Shown here piece after piece: positions 1 to 10,519 of a stretch of DNA of 64,000 bases (position 1 is the stretch's first letter; the number at the start of each line of letters is the position of its first letter). Location of the stretch: the IMG/VR virus record IMGVR_UViG_3300043398_000057. One strand, 5' to 3'. Under the pieces are notes generated by a model. That model was not told the DNA's origin and searched no databases. It saw nothing but the letters and a program-made list of their open reading frames with translations. This stretch comes from a virus. The translations under genes were made by a program, and so were the position numbers.

Positions 1-924
1 AGCAGCACTCAGGAAGTCTTCAACAGGCTTCATGAACGACTTTTCCCACATTGTACCATAGTCAATGTAAGGTTCCATCTTGAACTCGCTAGGCAGCTTG
101 TCAATGAAACCAATCACATTGTTCTTGGTCGGATTGGGCAACACGGTATAGACAAACTTCATTTTGTCGCCCGGGTTGATGTTAGGAACATCGTTTTCAA
201 GTTTCTTGTCCTTGACCATCATGTTATGGACAATCGATGCGCGAACGTGAATAGGGCAACCCTTCTTGGGACCGGTAGGCGTTTCCCATTTAGCGATATC
301 CTTTACCCCACGCGGGAATGCGATTTCTTCGGGCTTTGCATTCATGTAGATTTCGCGGGTCTTTTCGATATGGTTTTGAATCTTTCCAATGTCTTCGTCC
401 AAAAGCATTGGCAACATATCGGTTAGATGGGTTCTAACAATTTGGGGCGTGGAAGAACGGACAACAGTGATGCCCATGATCTTCAAATCACCTTCAGGAT
501 ATTCAACACCTTCATTGTTGTAAACGCGGGTCATGTACATCTTCTTAGCAATCATCAAAGCCCGATCAGCAACGAATTCTCGCTTGAATGATAGCCGTGT
601 AGCATCGAGGTTCAAATAATCGCTCAGAGAGGCCATAGAGGCGTTCAGGATGGGTTGAATCTTGGCATCGATCACCTTGATCAGACCGTTTGTGATCTTG
701 GTCTTGTCTTCAACACCGGACATGTACTTCTTAACAATCTCGTCAAGACTGAAAAGAACGGAGTCAGTGTCAGTGTAGAACCTTGAGTTACATCCGAACA
801 GTTCTTGATACCATTTATCAATTCCGTCACCAGCATATCGAACCATGCATTGACCTGTCAGTGTAATGCCTTCAGACAATCGAGAATCCTGAAGGAAGAA
901 CCAATCGTTTGCGGTTGCGCCATA
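1..924 (-). CDS. 43B: DNA polymerase B C-terminal subunit (gp43B), exon 2; runs off window
   Basis: Manual translation from 924: YGATANDWFFLQDSRLSEGITLTGQ...FYTDTDSV (motif C)...KKMY...KIMGITVVRSSTP; open to position 1. Confidence 0.93.
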
Positions 925-1175
925 CATTTGTATTCAGTGCAAGTCGTTAATTTGCACCCGTCATTAAGACTGCTCATAGTCACCTATGAGATTAGACTAT
1001 CTCACCATCTTCCATGGAAGATGCCCACCACTTCGAGCCACTTGACCCTACGGATAAATCCTAGTCGTTACACTTTTCCGGTTTCCCGGACTTAGCACGG
1101 TATTGTCTCAGTGAGAGTTTCACCGTTTTCGATGGGTTATTCGATCAGTGTCACCACTGAAAGCCTCTACATTCA
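925..1175 (-). mobile_element. ORF-less group I intron (251 nt) in gp43B motif B
   Basis: Removal restores KVAGNSL|YGA; 5' exon ends in U paired with G in P1 (CCUU^U...AGAGG); intron ends in G; core elements AAACGGUGAAACUC, AAUACCGUGCUAA, P7 GACUA/UAGUC. Confidence 0.9.
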
Positions 1176-1292
1176 AAGGGAATTGCCAGCAACCTTGAAA
1201 GAACTTTGCCGAGTGTCATACTCTGCAATTTTCTTATCACAGAACTTCAACTTTTCCAACAGTTCGTCATTACTCAATTTGCTTAAATCCAT
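1176..1292 (-). CDS. 43B: gp43B exon 1 (39 aa)
   Basis: MDLSKLSNDELLEKLKFCDKKIAEYDTRQSSFKVAGNSL: second fingers helix and start of motif B (Q..K...NS); AAGGAA RBS upstream. Confidence 0.88.
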
Positions 1293-2356
1293 ATACATTC
1301 CTTTATTGTTTGCATGTTCTCAATTATAGCAGACTTTGGGTAAAATTTGAAACCATAATCGGCCATCGTTTTCCCTACATGATCAACCAAGAATGGAATA
1401 GCTTGAACTCTTCTTTTTGTTATTCTCATATCGAGTTTTCTCAGAATGTTCTAATCGACTCTTTTGACACCAATAAATTTTGCGAATCTTGTAGTATTGG
1501 CAAACGCATAAGTTTTACCATTGTAAGGGAATGTCCAAACGCCGGAAAAATTTTGTGTAGCCGAATACTCGGTGTATTCTCTTCTTGTAGTACCATCAAA
1601 AATATCAACGTATATCGGTTCATTGAAATTGTTGTTTTTGTATATTCTACCCGGAACCAAATTATCTGGTTGTGTACCTTTGTAATATCTAAAATTTTTC
1701 AAAGTTTCTGGACAGTGAAACCAATTTTTGTGACCGTTCATTATTCCTTTAAGTTTGATATTTCCTTGAAAGAAACCTTCCGGTACTATTTCCGAATCAG
1801 AGAAATATCTAACAACGCCATATCTATTACTATGAGCGGTCTTACCGGATAGTGATTTTGATTGTCTCTTTTTGAATTCATTACTTCTTCTATTTCCCAT
1901 ATTTGCCGGAACTAACTCACCTGTTGAGATTCTAGGATCATCTTTGAATACAAGAAAAGAATCGCCAGATAGGTTCTTTACTGTAACTTTTCCAACCATT
2001 TCTTTCTTGAGTAATTGTCTATGCTATTCAGCATCGTAACCATATAATTCAATTTCTTTCCAGCAATTTTCATCAACGCTTTTCCTCAAAATCTATTTCA
2101 CCGAATTGAGCATGAGTAAAGATTTTGTTATTTTGTATAGAAGTAAATGCGCTTTAGCATGATTGATTAAAGATAGCTTCGCGCAGTTCCAAGGATAATC
2201 GGAGAAACTTCTATATTCCGGGAAGATACTTTTTGGAAGTATGTGGTGCATATCCACAAATTCAGAACTTTCTTCCTTACTACAAAGTGCTAGATATTCA
2301 TCTATTAGATCGTTTTCACCAAACTTTGAAACTAGAGTTTTCTTCTAATCTATCAT
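1283..2356 (-). CDS. Free-standing HNH (Mob-like) homing endonuclease, 357 aa, with 4 in-frame TAG
   Basis: ATGA overlap with gp43A stop; HHILPKSIFPEY...WNCAKLSLINHAKAHLLLYK motif; TAG at 2345-47, 2093-95, 2024-26, 1451-53; ends TAA overlapping gp43B start; AT-rich. Confidence 0.82.
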
Positions 2357-3909
2357 ACAGTAACACCGCGCTTTTTAAGTTCATTTTTGATTTGAGTCTT
2401 CAAATCCTTGTACTTGAGCATTTCCTTCTTTGCAACTTTACGACCATCGAAAACCTTTTCAGTTTCTCGCGCAATGAATCCAAGTTCATCTTTTCTAAAC
2501 ATTGCACCGTTTGCCAACATGGCGTAATTCATTGACTTGAGGTATTCGCCCAAACCAGAGATGCCTTGTTTCAGAACCAATTCAACGTTGATTTTTGTGT
2601 TTTCATCAACCGGTCCATAACCATTGGCGATAGCCCATTCATTGAAATGTGCAGCTTTGAACATTCCAACAAAGGTTTCGGTTGAAAGGTTTGATGCCAT
2701 CATGATAGATGGATACTCGGATGTTGCATCAACCGAACAAGCCCACTTGTAAAGGCCCGGCTTAGGCGTCATCACATAACCACCTTCATATGGGTATGAT
2801 GGACCCTTTTCACCATCAATACAGACAAGTTTCTTATCGAAGAACAGTGTCGAAACCAGAAGGTTTTCCCAATACCGAACAGGGCTGAAAACATCCTCAA
2901 GATTTGACCGCATCACTTGAGCAAGGGTGAATGCCAAGTTGATAAGATTCAGCTTATCATCGATTTCCACACAACGAATAACGTCAATACGGTTGTACTT
3001 TACAAAGTGAGTGTCCCATGCTTTTTGATAGTTGTCGCGAAATGATGCGTATGGCATTTCCAGCTTACCAACACCCAGCACCACAGTTGAAATATGGTCG
3101 AGCTTGTAGGTTTCCTCTTTCTTGAGGACGAACTTCTTATAGAGTTCCATCAGGTCAAGACCGGCGATACCGTAAATGTCAAAATAGATGTTGGTTTCTT
3201 CTTCATCCCATTCAGACTTTTCCTCACGCTGGCGTACAACCCCAAATGGCGACAATTCATTAACAAATTCTTCACCAAGGATTTTGGAGATACGAACACA
3301 GAGATATGGAATATCGAACAACCGGCAACGCCATCCGGAATAGATATCAAGATTCAGAGTCTTCCAGTAGCGAATGAATTCGCGAAGCATGATATCTTCG
3401 CTTGTGTAATACTCGTAGTCAAACTCTTCATTACCGTAGTATGGACGACACGAAAACGTTTTCACCCGTTTGAAATTCTTGTCATAGATGGTGATCAACG
3501 TGATCATCTCAGCGGCAATCTTAGGTTCAGGGAACCCGGTCGAATACTCACCGACAGTCGTTTCAATGTCGATAAACCCGATTTTCAGGTCTTCGAAGTC
3601 ACCCGAATAGTTTTGAGGGAAGTTTCGGTTGATGAAGTCTTGCGCGGAATTCTTAACACCATAGAACTTCAGGTTCTCAACATTCCCATGAGATTCCTAG
3701 AACTTGTACTGATGGTTCGTGCTATCGAATTCGACGGGCACCAAGGGTTCACCCTTCATGGTCTTGAACTCAGACTTTTCATCACCACCACGCCGGTACA
3801 GAACAGGCTTTAGCTTTTGCTTGGTCTTGAATGGCTTACCGTCTTTGTAGCCACGAATGAGAATGTCACCCTTGTAAGTGTTCCAATATGTTGGATACAT
3901 GCTTGTCAT
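2353..3909 (-). CDS. 43A: DNA polymerase B N-terminal subunit (gp43A; exonuclease and motif A), 518 aa, with 1 in-frame TAG
   Basis: ORFs 3697-3975 and 2353-3507 share a frame joined by TAG at 3697-99 (YKF*ESHGNVENLKFYG); FIDIET ExoI, YKLDHI, YNRIDV, DATSEYPSIM motif A. Confidence 0.92.
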
Positions 3910-4070
3910 CAAAATCCTTTCATCACTGTCAGTCAATGGTGCAGTGTACCATAGAAAATGGCCCCGAAGGGCCATTGTTCACACGCAAACCTTGATGATT
4001 TCGACTATGAACGGTGCAGCAAACATTGCACCAATAGCGATAGCACCGAGAATTTCTTTCATGATTTCTT

Positions 4071-4475
4071 TCAGAGTTGTTGTTCAGTTGGTTCAGTGTA
4101 CACCAAGTCGAAGTGTTCCGCAAGTTCTTTCATACCGGTTTCAAACAATTCCTTGTTATGAACCTTTGGGTTCAGTTTGCCTGTATCGTTCATACCATCA
4201 TGAACAAATTGCAACCTTTCGAGAAAATCGATTTGTTCAAAATCGAAAAACAGTAAAAATGTCGGGTCGGTTTTGCCAATATGTGAAATTGAAGAGTCAT
4301 CTTTAATGTCCCACAAATTTGCGGTTTCATCATCGATGCAGTGCCCAACGACACACTTCAAACCGCCATCACCACGGTATGCACAAATATCAATCTTTTC
4401 AGACTTCACATAGTTCTGTGCACGGATTCCGAACAGTGCCTTGTCAAAGATTTCTTGATTGGTCAGTTTAGTCAT
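4071..4475 (-). CDS. Hypothetical early protein, paralog family 'NQEIFDKALFGIR' copy 1
   Basis: C.YRG..G.KC.VGHCI and LQ..HD motifs shared with 4492-4908, 8925-9311, 44139-44549. Confidence 0.8.
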   Translation of the reverse strand: MTKLTNQEIFDKALFGIRAQNYVKSEKIDICAYRGDGGLKCVVGHCIDDETANLWDIKDDSSISHIGKTDPTFLLFFDFEQIDFLERLQFVHDGMNDTGKLNPKVHNKELFETGMKELAEHFDLVYTEPTEQQL

Positions 4476-4491
4476 GTTGTCACGATCACTC

Positions 4492-4908
4492 TCAAAGTTG
4501 TTGAACGGGTTCAGTGTACACCAAATTGAATTCGTATGCAAGTTCGCTCATACGTTCTTCGAAGAGTTTACCGTTTTTCTCCAAAGGATCAAAAAATTCG
4601 TCATTGCTATGGCGCATATTATCGTGAATATGTTGAATTTTTCCCAGAAAATCAACCTGGGATTCCGAGAAATACTTCTTGAAAGATTCTGGAATTTCCT
4701 GGGAAACATATTCAATTGAAGTGTCAGATTCCAACAAATCCCACTTGTTAGCGGTTTCATCATCGATGCAATGACCCACAGCACATTTCAAATCATCACC
4801 ACCACGGTATGAACAGCCACCTTCAAATTTCCCGGATTGTTTGTAACCTTGTGCACGGATTCCGAACAGTGCCTTATCAAAGATTTCTTGATTTGTAAGT
4901 TGAGTCAT
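4492..4908 (-). CDS. Hypothetical early protein, paralog family copy 2
   Basis: Tandem paralog of 4071-4475. Confidence 0.8.
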   Translation of the reverse strand: MTQLTNQEIFDKALFGIRAQGYKQSGKFEGGCSYRGGDDLKCAVGHCIDDETANKWDLLESDTSIEYVSQEIPESFKKYFSESQVDFLGKIQHIHDNMRHSNDEFFDPLEKNGKLFEERMSELAYEFNLVYTEPVQQL

Positions 4909-4917
4909 GCTGTCCCT

Positions 4918-5544
4918 TTATTCAAAAGTGATTTTGACAACGACACCGAGATTTTTCAATTCTGATGCCGCATACTTCAAGCGTTCTAGGTTCAGCTTGA
5001 TATCATCATTGCGCTTCTTTTCAGCAATAGCGTGAAGTGCAGCGTCTTCAGACTTCTTAATCAGGTAGTCAATGTCTGAAATTTGATGAGATTGTTGCTG
5101 CACCGGTTCGGGGATTTCGGGTTCGATGTAGCAATCAACCCGGGGAAGCATGATGTTGTAATCACTGTCAAGGATTGTATCACCAACCACAGGATTTACC
5201 GGGACAATGAAGGTGACAACAACATGATGAACCTTACTGTCAGTTTCCAAACTTTTCATCGACCATGTGAGTGCATCACTATCTTCATACTTTGGGTTTT
5301 CCCAACCATTTGCAAGAAAGTATGTTGTATTCCTATAATCATCAGAATAGATGACATAAGAATTTTGTGGGATTTCGGGGGTATTTCGCCAATTTTCGCT
5401 GGTGATTTGAATCACTGCGATAGTTGCATCTTTATAACATTCGGTTTCATCAATGATGCTAAGAATCATACCTTTACTGATATGCGATTTTTCGGGATGA
5501 ACAATTGTTTGTTCAATGTCTTGGTAGAACAGTTTGCAAATCAT
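4918..5544 (-). CDS. Hypothetical protein (similar to 36515-37276)
   Basis: Open frame with RBS; shares P.YED and V.T.I.PV.P.(V/I)G segments with the 36515 ORF. Confidence 0.7.
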   Translation of the reverse strand: MICKLFYQDIEQTIVHPEKSHISKGMILSIIDETECYKDATIAVIQITSENWRNTPEIPQNSYVIYSDDYRNTTYFLANGWENPKYEDSDALTWSMKSLETDSKVHHVVVTFIVPVNPVVGDTILDSDYNIMLPRVDCYIEPEIPEPVQQQSHQISDIDYLIKKSEDAALHAIAEKKRNDDIKLNLERLKYAASELKNLGVVVKITFE

Positions 5545-5554
5545 GATGTGTCCT

Positions 5555-5911
5555 TTATTGGAAAATGCGGGCGATTTCAACGGTTTCGCCGCACGAAAAT
5601 TGTGTATCGGTGAAACGATTATGCGAGATTGTGTTGGCGGCAGGTTCGATCATGAAAACTTTGAGAACATCAATACCAACTTGGATGAAAACGAACTTTC
5701 GACCATCATATTCAAAATGTTTACCAATACCAGCGACAACATATTTGTCAGGGTTATTCAATTTGTTGACGAAAGAATTCATGTTGTCCTTCAGGTATTG
5801 CGGGAAAGTGAGTGAAGTAATTGTTTTGCTGTATTCGTCAAATGCCATATCAATCAACTTCATATGGTATTCAGTGAATTGCGGTTCAACGAGATTACTG
5901 GTGTTGCTCAT
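5555..5911 (-). CDS. Hypothetical early protein
   Basis: Directly downstream of a promoter cassette. Confidence 0.7.
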   Translation of the reverse strand: MSNTSNLVEPQFTEYHMKLIDMAFDEYSKTITSLTFPQYLKDNMNSFVNKLNNPDKYVVAGIGKHFEYDGRKFVFIQVGIDVLKVFMIEPAANTISHNRFTDTQFSCGETVEIARIFQ

Positions 5912-5913
5912 AA

Positions 5914-5980
5914 TGTTCACTTGAAAGTTGTGTTGCTATGGAATGAATTATGGCCCTTCGGGGCCATCTTGTCAATCACA
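5914..5980 (-). promoter_or_regulatory. Early promoter stem-loop cassette (PeSL-like)
   Basis: TTGACA-17 nt-CATAAT with spacer hairpin ATGGCCC/GGGCCAT; repeated leader TCATTCCATnGCAACACAACTTTCAAGTGAACAT. Confidence 0.85.
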
Positions 5981-6000
5981 AAGTTGTAACAGTTTGTAAC

Positions 6001-6360
6001 TCAGACCACGTTAAAGAACTTGGTCACGGTCACTTCGCGCGGTTCAACAAGATACATGTCATCATAGTAAGAACCAGAATACGATGCATACGAACCATTG
6101 AACTTGATGTGAACCGTTACACCATTGCGGGTGAACTTGTACACTGACCAGTATTCTTCACCTTGACCTTCACCACCATAGTTGTCAACGTATTCATAAC
6201 TGATCGTGCCAGTAGTGGTATCGAGCCAACCATCTCTACCAGCTTCAGATTGAAACATTTGCGCTCGATAGCTATCGTAGCAACCATCTTCAGGTTCATT
6301 ATCCCGAAGATAGTCGTAAAGGAAATCGAACAAAATAGTTTGTTCATTTGTTGCTGCCAT
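6001..6360 (-). CDS. Hypothetical phage protein
   Basis: Open frame with GGAG RBS; GGEGQGEEYW and G.Y.SY.G motifs; related to 8546-8914. Confidence 0.7.
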   Translation of the reverse strand: MAATNEQTILFDFLYDYLRDNEPEDGCYDSYRAQMFQSEAGRDGWLDTTTGTISYEYVDNYGGEGQGEEYWSVYKFTRNGVTVHIKFNGSYASYSGSYYDDMYLVEPREVTVTKFFNVV

Positions 6361-6385
6361 AAGTGTTTCTCCTATAAAGGTTGCA

Positions 6386-7213
6386 TCAAGCAACGGTTTG
6401 TAAAATTTTCTGAACTTTTGTGAACTTTTCATAGTCCACCGACTTCATGATTTCATCAAAGTTGTCGATTGCGTAATCTCTGAAAAAACCACTGGTGAGT
6501 GTGGTGCAAATCTTACACATCGCTTTGTAGAAAGCAAGGCGTTCATTATACACCCAATCTTTCGGAACCATGAATCTTTCGGTTGCGATAACGTAAGCCT
6601 CTTCCTTGATGCACATCAACTTTTCTTCATGGGAAAATTCTTCCCACTTCTGTTTGTGGCAAAACACCGAATCAATCGACTTGTCTTGCATACGCTCATA
6701 CAGCGGTCGATCTTGATGTGCGAAAAGTTCATGAAGGTAATCGTGATCATACTTCTTAATCACATAGTCATCAAAGAATTCGTCTTTCGTCTTCTTCAGA
6801 CTGATCTTGTGTTGAGGAAACTCCTTTTCCGTGTACTCGATTCGTTCTTTCAGAAGGTGATCGTACAGCCACCGGTTCTTGTATTGGTCATGGTATCGTT
6901 TCAACCACCGGGTGTACATGGTGATATGTTTGTCAAATGACAAATCCCGCCAGAGATGGCTTCGCTTGATCAGCGCAAGAAATTCCGGCCTAGCAACCTC
7001 AACCATGTGACCATGATAGTTCACAAACTCACCAGAACCACCGAAGTTCAAAATGGCTTGATTGTTAAGGGTTTCAGTCGGGTGCCACTCATAAAGTTTG
7101 TCAGAGACTTCATATTCTTCATGACTGATGATATCCCAATCAGTTGTTTCCTTGATTTTGAATTCAGGATGCCAGTAGTTCAGTGCGCGGGAACCAATCA
7201 GAAGTGTTTTCAT
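6386..7213 (-). CDS. Putative nucleotidyltransferase-fold protein
   Basis: N-terminal LIGSRAL...DWDII signature. Confidence 0.6.
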   Translation of the reverse strand: MKTLLIGSRALNYWHPEFKIKETTDWDIISHEEYEVSDKLYEWHPTETLNNQAILNFGGSGEFVNYHGHMVEVARPEFLALIKRSHLWRDLSFDKHITMYTRWLKRYHDQYKNRWLYDHLLKERIEYTEKEFPQHKISLKKTKDEFFDDYVIKKYDHDYLHELFAHQDRPLYERMQDKSIDSVFCHKQKWEEFSHEEKLMCIKEEAYVIATERFMVPKDWVYNERLAFYKAMCKICTTLTSGFFRDYAIDNFDEIMKSVDYEKFTKVQKILQTVA

Positions 7214-7509
7214 TGCTTGTCCTCATTTTCCATTTCTTTAATCAGTTGATTGATCAAAATTTCCGCAAGACGTTCACGTTCAGCAAGTTCCTCAACAGAC
7301 ATACCTCGAACCGCGTAACCGGGTGTAGGGCTGAAAAACTTGTTGGCGACAGAGAATTGCTTGGTTGATCCAGAAGGAATGTGTTCGGGCGCATCAAGAC
7401 AACCGGTGAACGCAGTTGCACAGAGTTCGGAACTTGTGTTCAAAGAGTGCAGATACACAGCATCAATCTTTGCCCAAACGTTGTCGCGATCACGGTAAAA
7501 GTTTTGCAT
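7210..7509 (-). CDS. Hypothetical early protein
   Basis: Follows the promoter cassette at ~7535-7570. Confidence 0.6.
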   Translation of the reverse strand: MQNFYRDRDNVWAKIDAVYLHSLNTSSELCATAFTGCLDAPEHIPSGSTKQFSVANKFFSPTPGYAVRGMSVEELAERERLAEILINQLIKEMENEDKQ

Positions 7510-7562
7510 GGTTGTCTCGAAATGTGCGTTGAAATGAATTATGGCCCTTCGGGGCCATGTTG

Positions 7563-7847
7563 TCAAGCAACTTTTTCAATGTCGAAACATTTTCCGTACA
7601 TCCTTTCAAGGTGTTGTTGGGTTTCGTAGAACATCCCTTGATCAACAACCACACCATCTTCATCAATACATTCAACTTTGATCCACTCCATCGGACCAAG
7701 TTTGCGAACCCGAAAAACGCAAGACACTCCATAGAGAATGTCGCTTGTGCGATAAACCTTTGAATCGATGTTTGAAACAAAGATGCCTTCAACGAACTCA
7801 CCATTCAAAACCTTTTCAAAAGTTTGCGGTGTTGCGTAATGTTTCAT
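7563..7847 (-). CDS. Hypothetical early protein
   Basis: Follows the promoter cassette at 7846-7918. Confidence 0.65.
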   Translation of the reverse strand: MKHYATPQTFEKVLNGEFVEGIFVSNIDSKVYRTSDILYGVSCVFRVRKLGPMEWIKVECIDEDGVVVDQGMFYETQQHLERMYGKCFDIEKVA

Positions 7848-7918
7848 GATGTTCACTTGAAAGTTGTGTTGCGATGGAATGAATTATGGCCCCGAAGGGC
7901 CATGTTGTCAAGCGATTT
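7846..7918 (-). promoter_or_regulatory. Early promoter stem-loop cassette; further copies near 7535, 32330, 37706, 41050, 44805, 45740, 53960, 59470
   Basis: TTGACA ACATGGCCCTTCGGGGC CATAAT plus conserved leader. Confidence 0.85.
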
Positions 7919-8543
7919 ATTGCGTGACTTCTATTTCTGGATTGAATTGCGTGACTTTTGTTTCTTCGATCAAACGGATGAAATTTTCCCCGAAGTATTG
8001 TTTCGCACCTTCATGCGTGTACAAACCAGACGAAACGTAACATTTGTTACCTGATCGAAACATAACTTGATAGTAGTCAGTTCCTTGGGATTCTGGCTTG
8101 ATTCGAAGTTTCAAATTTGGCCAACTAAACACATGCAAACTGGTGATCGTATGCCATTTTTGAGAACTATCACAGAAATACTGAACCTCCTTACCATCCA
8201 ACGCACAAAGAATGAATTCCTTATACTCATGGACAGCATTTTCAGGTTTCGAGAAAAGCCTCTTCATGAAACGTGGATCGGGACCAATCAGTTTATACGC
8301 CGGAATCATACGACGAACTTCATTTTCCCGGCACCATTCATTTGTCAACTCATATCTGGTACCAAGAAGAAAAACGTAACGGGCATACGTTTCTTCGACC
8401 TTCGAAGACTTATATTGATCACTCGAATAGTCAAAATTCGGTGCATGAGGCAGAACCTTACCGTTCAGAAGAATTCGGTAACCATCGACATAATCAATGA
8501 TCAAATCCTTGTAACCCGCATACTTTTCAGAAAACTCCGACAT
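7917..8543 (-). CDS. Hypothetical protein
   Basis: Open frame with GGGAG RBS; internal duplicated module. Confidence 0.65.
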   Translation of the reverse strand: MSEFSEKYAGYKDLIIDYVDGYRILLNGKVLPHAPNFDYSSDQYKSSKVEETYARYVFLLGTRYELTNEWCRENEVRRMIPAYKLIGPDPRFMKRLFSKPENAVHEYKEFILCALDGKEVQYFCDSSQKWHTITSLHVFSWPNLKLRIKPESQGTDYYQVMFRSGNKCYVSSGLYTHEGAKQYFGENFIRLIEETKVTQFNPEIEVTQ

Positions 8544-8545
8544 GT

Positions 8546-8914
8546 TTACTCCCAAACGTTGATAGTCTTGGTGATACGTTGGACAATCTTGGTTCCATAG
8601 AAGTAAGCACCACCATACGAACTGTAACCATACCTCACCTTGATGAACGTGGTTGTGCCGGTTTCAGTGTTGCGAACTTCATAAATCAGGAATTCATCAT
8701 GATTGTCATTGTCATCATGTTCTTCCCGTTGTGACGAATCCAAAAGAGTTGCCTCGAACTTATAAAAGCTGATTGATGGTGTTTGCAATTTACAAACCTT
8801 GTCACCAATCTTATAGAAATTGATCCAATCAATTTCTTCATTGATCGGTGTGAGAAGATGTTTGTTGAACTCTTCACGAATGTTTTCAGCATCGGTTGCG
8901 TAATTATATGACAT
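8546..8914 (-). CDS. Hypothetical protein
   Basis: Open frame with RBS; YSSYGG motif like the 6001 ORF. Confidence 0.65.
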   Translation of the reverse strand: MSYNYATDAENIREEFNKHLLTPINEEIDWINFYKIGDKVCKLQTPSISFYKFEATLLDSSQREEHDDNDNHDEFLIYEVRNTETGTTTFIKVRYGYSSYGGAYFYGTKIVQRITKTINVWE

Positions 8915-8924
8915 GATGTTTCCT

Positions 8925-9311
8925 TTATTCGGTTGTTTCAGGTTCGGATGCAGTGTACACCAAACCAAACATTTGTGCAATGTGTTTCATGTAAGTTTCG
9001 AAGTCTTCAACGCTATCTCGCAAAATGCAGTCATGAGCAGTCTGCAAAAATCCTAACAGGTTGATTTGATATGGTTCGAAATGTTTCTTGAAATTGTTGA
9101 AGTCTACCATGTAAATGTAGTCAAGACCATTTTTACCTTTGAAAAATTCGTCCCACAAAATCGCAGTTTCATCATCAATGCAATGTCCAACTGCACACTT
9201 GGTACCGTTTTCACCACGGTATGCGCAACCAAAGTCGCTAACTGATCGTTGGTAACCTTGACCACGAATGCCGAACAGTGCCTTGTCAAAGATTTCTTGA
9301 TTGGTGAACAT
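8925..9311 (-). CDS. Hypothetical early protein, paralog family copy 3
   Basis: NQEIFDKALFGIR...CAYRGENGTKCAVGHCI. Confidence 0.8.
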   Translation of the reverse strand: MFTNQEIFDKALFGIRGQGYQRSVSDFGCAYRGENGTKCAVGHCIDDETAILWDEFFKGKNGLDYIYMVDFNNFKKHFEPYQINLLGFLQTAHDCILRDSVEDFETYMKHIAQMFGLVYTASEPETTE

Positions 9312-9616
9312 TACAGTTCAACCTTTTCTTCGGCAACAGTGTCGCTATCAGGAAAAACCTTCATGTACAGTTCAACAACTTCCTTGGTTTGTTCAACTGT
9401 CTGTTGCAGGTTCGACTTGTGGTAAGACACAGCGGCCTTACGCAAATGCTTCTTACTGATCTTGTGCTTTTCGGCAACGTTGTTGATGGCTTCCTTGATG
9501 AAGTCTCGTTCAGACTCAATTCGAGTCATGGATGCGGAAATTTCAAAGATGCAATCCTTGACTGCCTTCAGTGCAATAGGATCGTTAGGGATAATGGACA
9601 CATCGTTTTTACTCAT
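9311..9616 (-). CDS. dsbA: T4-like dsDNA-binding protein DsbA
   Basis: EISASMTRIESERDFIKEAI...KKHLRKAAVSYHKSN resembles T4-like DsbA. Confidence 0.8.
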   Translation of the reverse strand: MSKNDVSIIPNDPIALKAVKDCIFEISASMTRIESERDFIKEAINNVAEKHKISKKHLRKAAVSYHKSNLQQTVEQTKEVVELYMKVFPDSDTVAEEKVEL

Positions 9617-10519
9617 TTGTTTCCTTTCAGTCAATACTTGTGCCGTCAGCAGGCACTTCAATGAAACGATTCACCGTACCACGAGTGAAATTGATCCCAA
9701 CCACGGGATACCCCATTGGCGATTTCGCAACGCATCGAACAGTGTAGAATTCTCCGTCAACACTAGTGATCAGACAATTATTGCAAAGAGTTGCAATTTC
9801 CTTCTTCTTCATTTCTTTGAAATTGATCGGTTCAAGTTTGACCTTACATCCAATCCATGACAAACCGTTCCCACACTTAGATTTGGTCCCAACAACTTCA
9901 TAAATGACGCCGGGCTCAAGTTGATCAATACGCAATTTTTCGGACATGGGTTTCCTCAGATGAAAAAGTTGAAAACAGCGGCACCCACAACCAACACCAG
10001 AACTACCCAACCAACACGAACAGCGATCTTGCCTTCGGTGGAACTATAGTGTTCGATTGCGTTATGGTAACCCTCAGACACGGGGAATGCTTCTTGCAGA
10101 GAACGAGAATACATTTGGGCCTTGTATTCGCGACGGTTGTATTCATTCATGATGTAGCTCCAAATGTGTAGTAAACAAAGTCACCGATTTGTTGACGATG
10201 GAAAGAGTTTAACCCAAGAATCTCAACAAAGCAATACTCAGCCAAAGAAATTCTCTCTTTGTTGTAGTAAAGCGTCATTTCGGGTCTGAAGTCTCTTAGA
10301 CCTTCCAGAAGATTTGTGAAAAAGTTGATGGTGTGATGGTTCTTCAGTTCTAGATAAACCGTGGTGGAATCAGAACAGAATTCAACATGGCAACAACTGA
10401 TCCCACCCGGAATACCAACAATCTTTTGAACCGCCAGCTTGATGGATTCTGAAGTTGTCTGACCATCAAAAGTTGAACTCCCGGTTTTCAGACAATCCTC
10501 AAGAATCCTCAAAATCAGT

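Noticed and set aside
805-1329. Plus-strand ORFs 805-1095 and 1111-1329
   Set aside because: They overlap the intron and gp43B exons on the opposite strand.
3697-3975. N-termini such as MALRGH, MAPKGH, MTRWPFGA and MNIM in the ORF track
   Set aside because: These come from ATG/GTG inside the promoter hairpin cassette; true starts are downstream.
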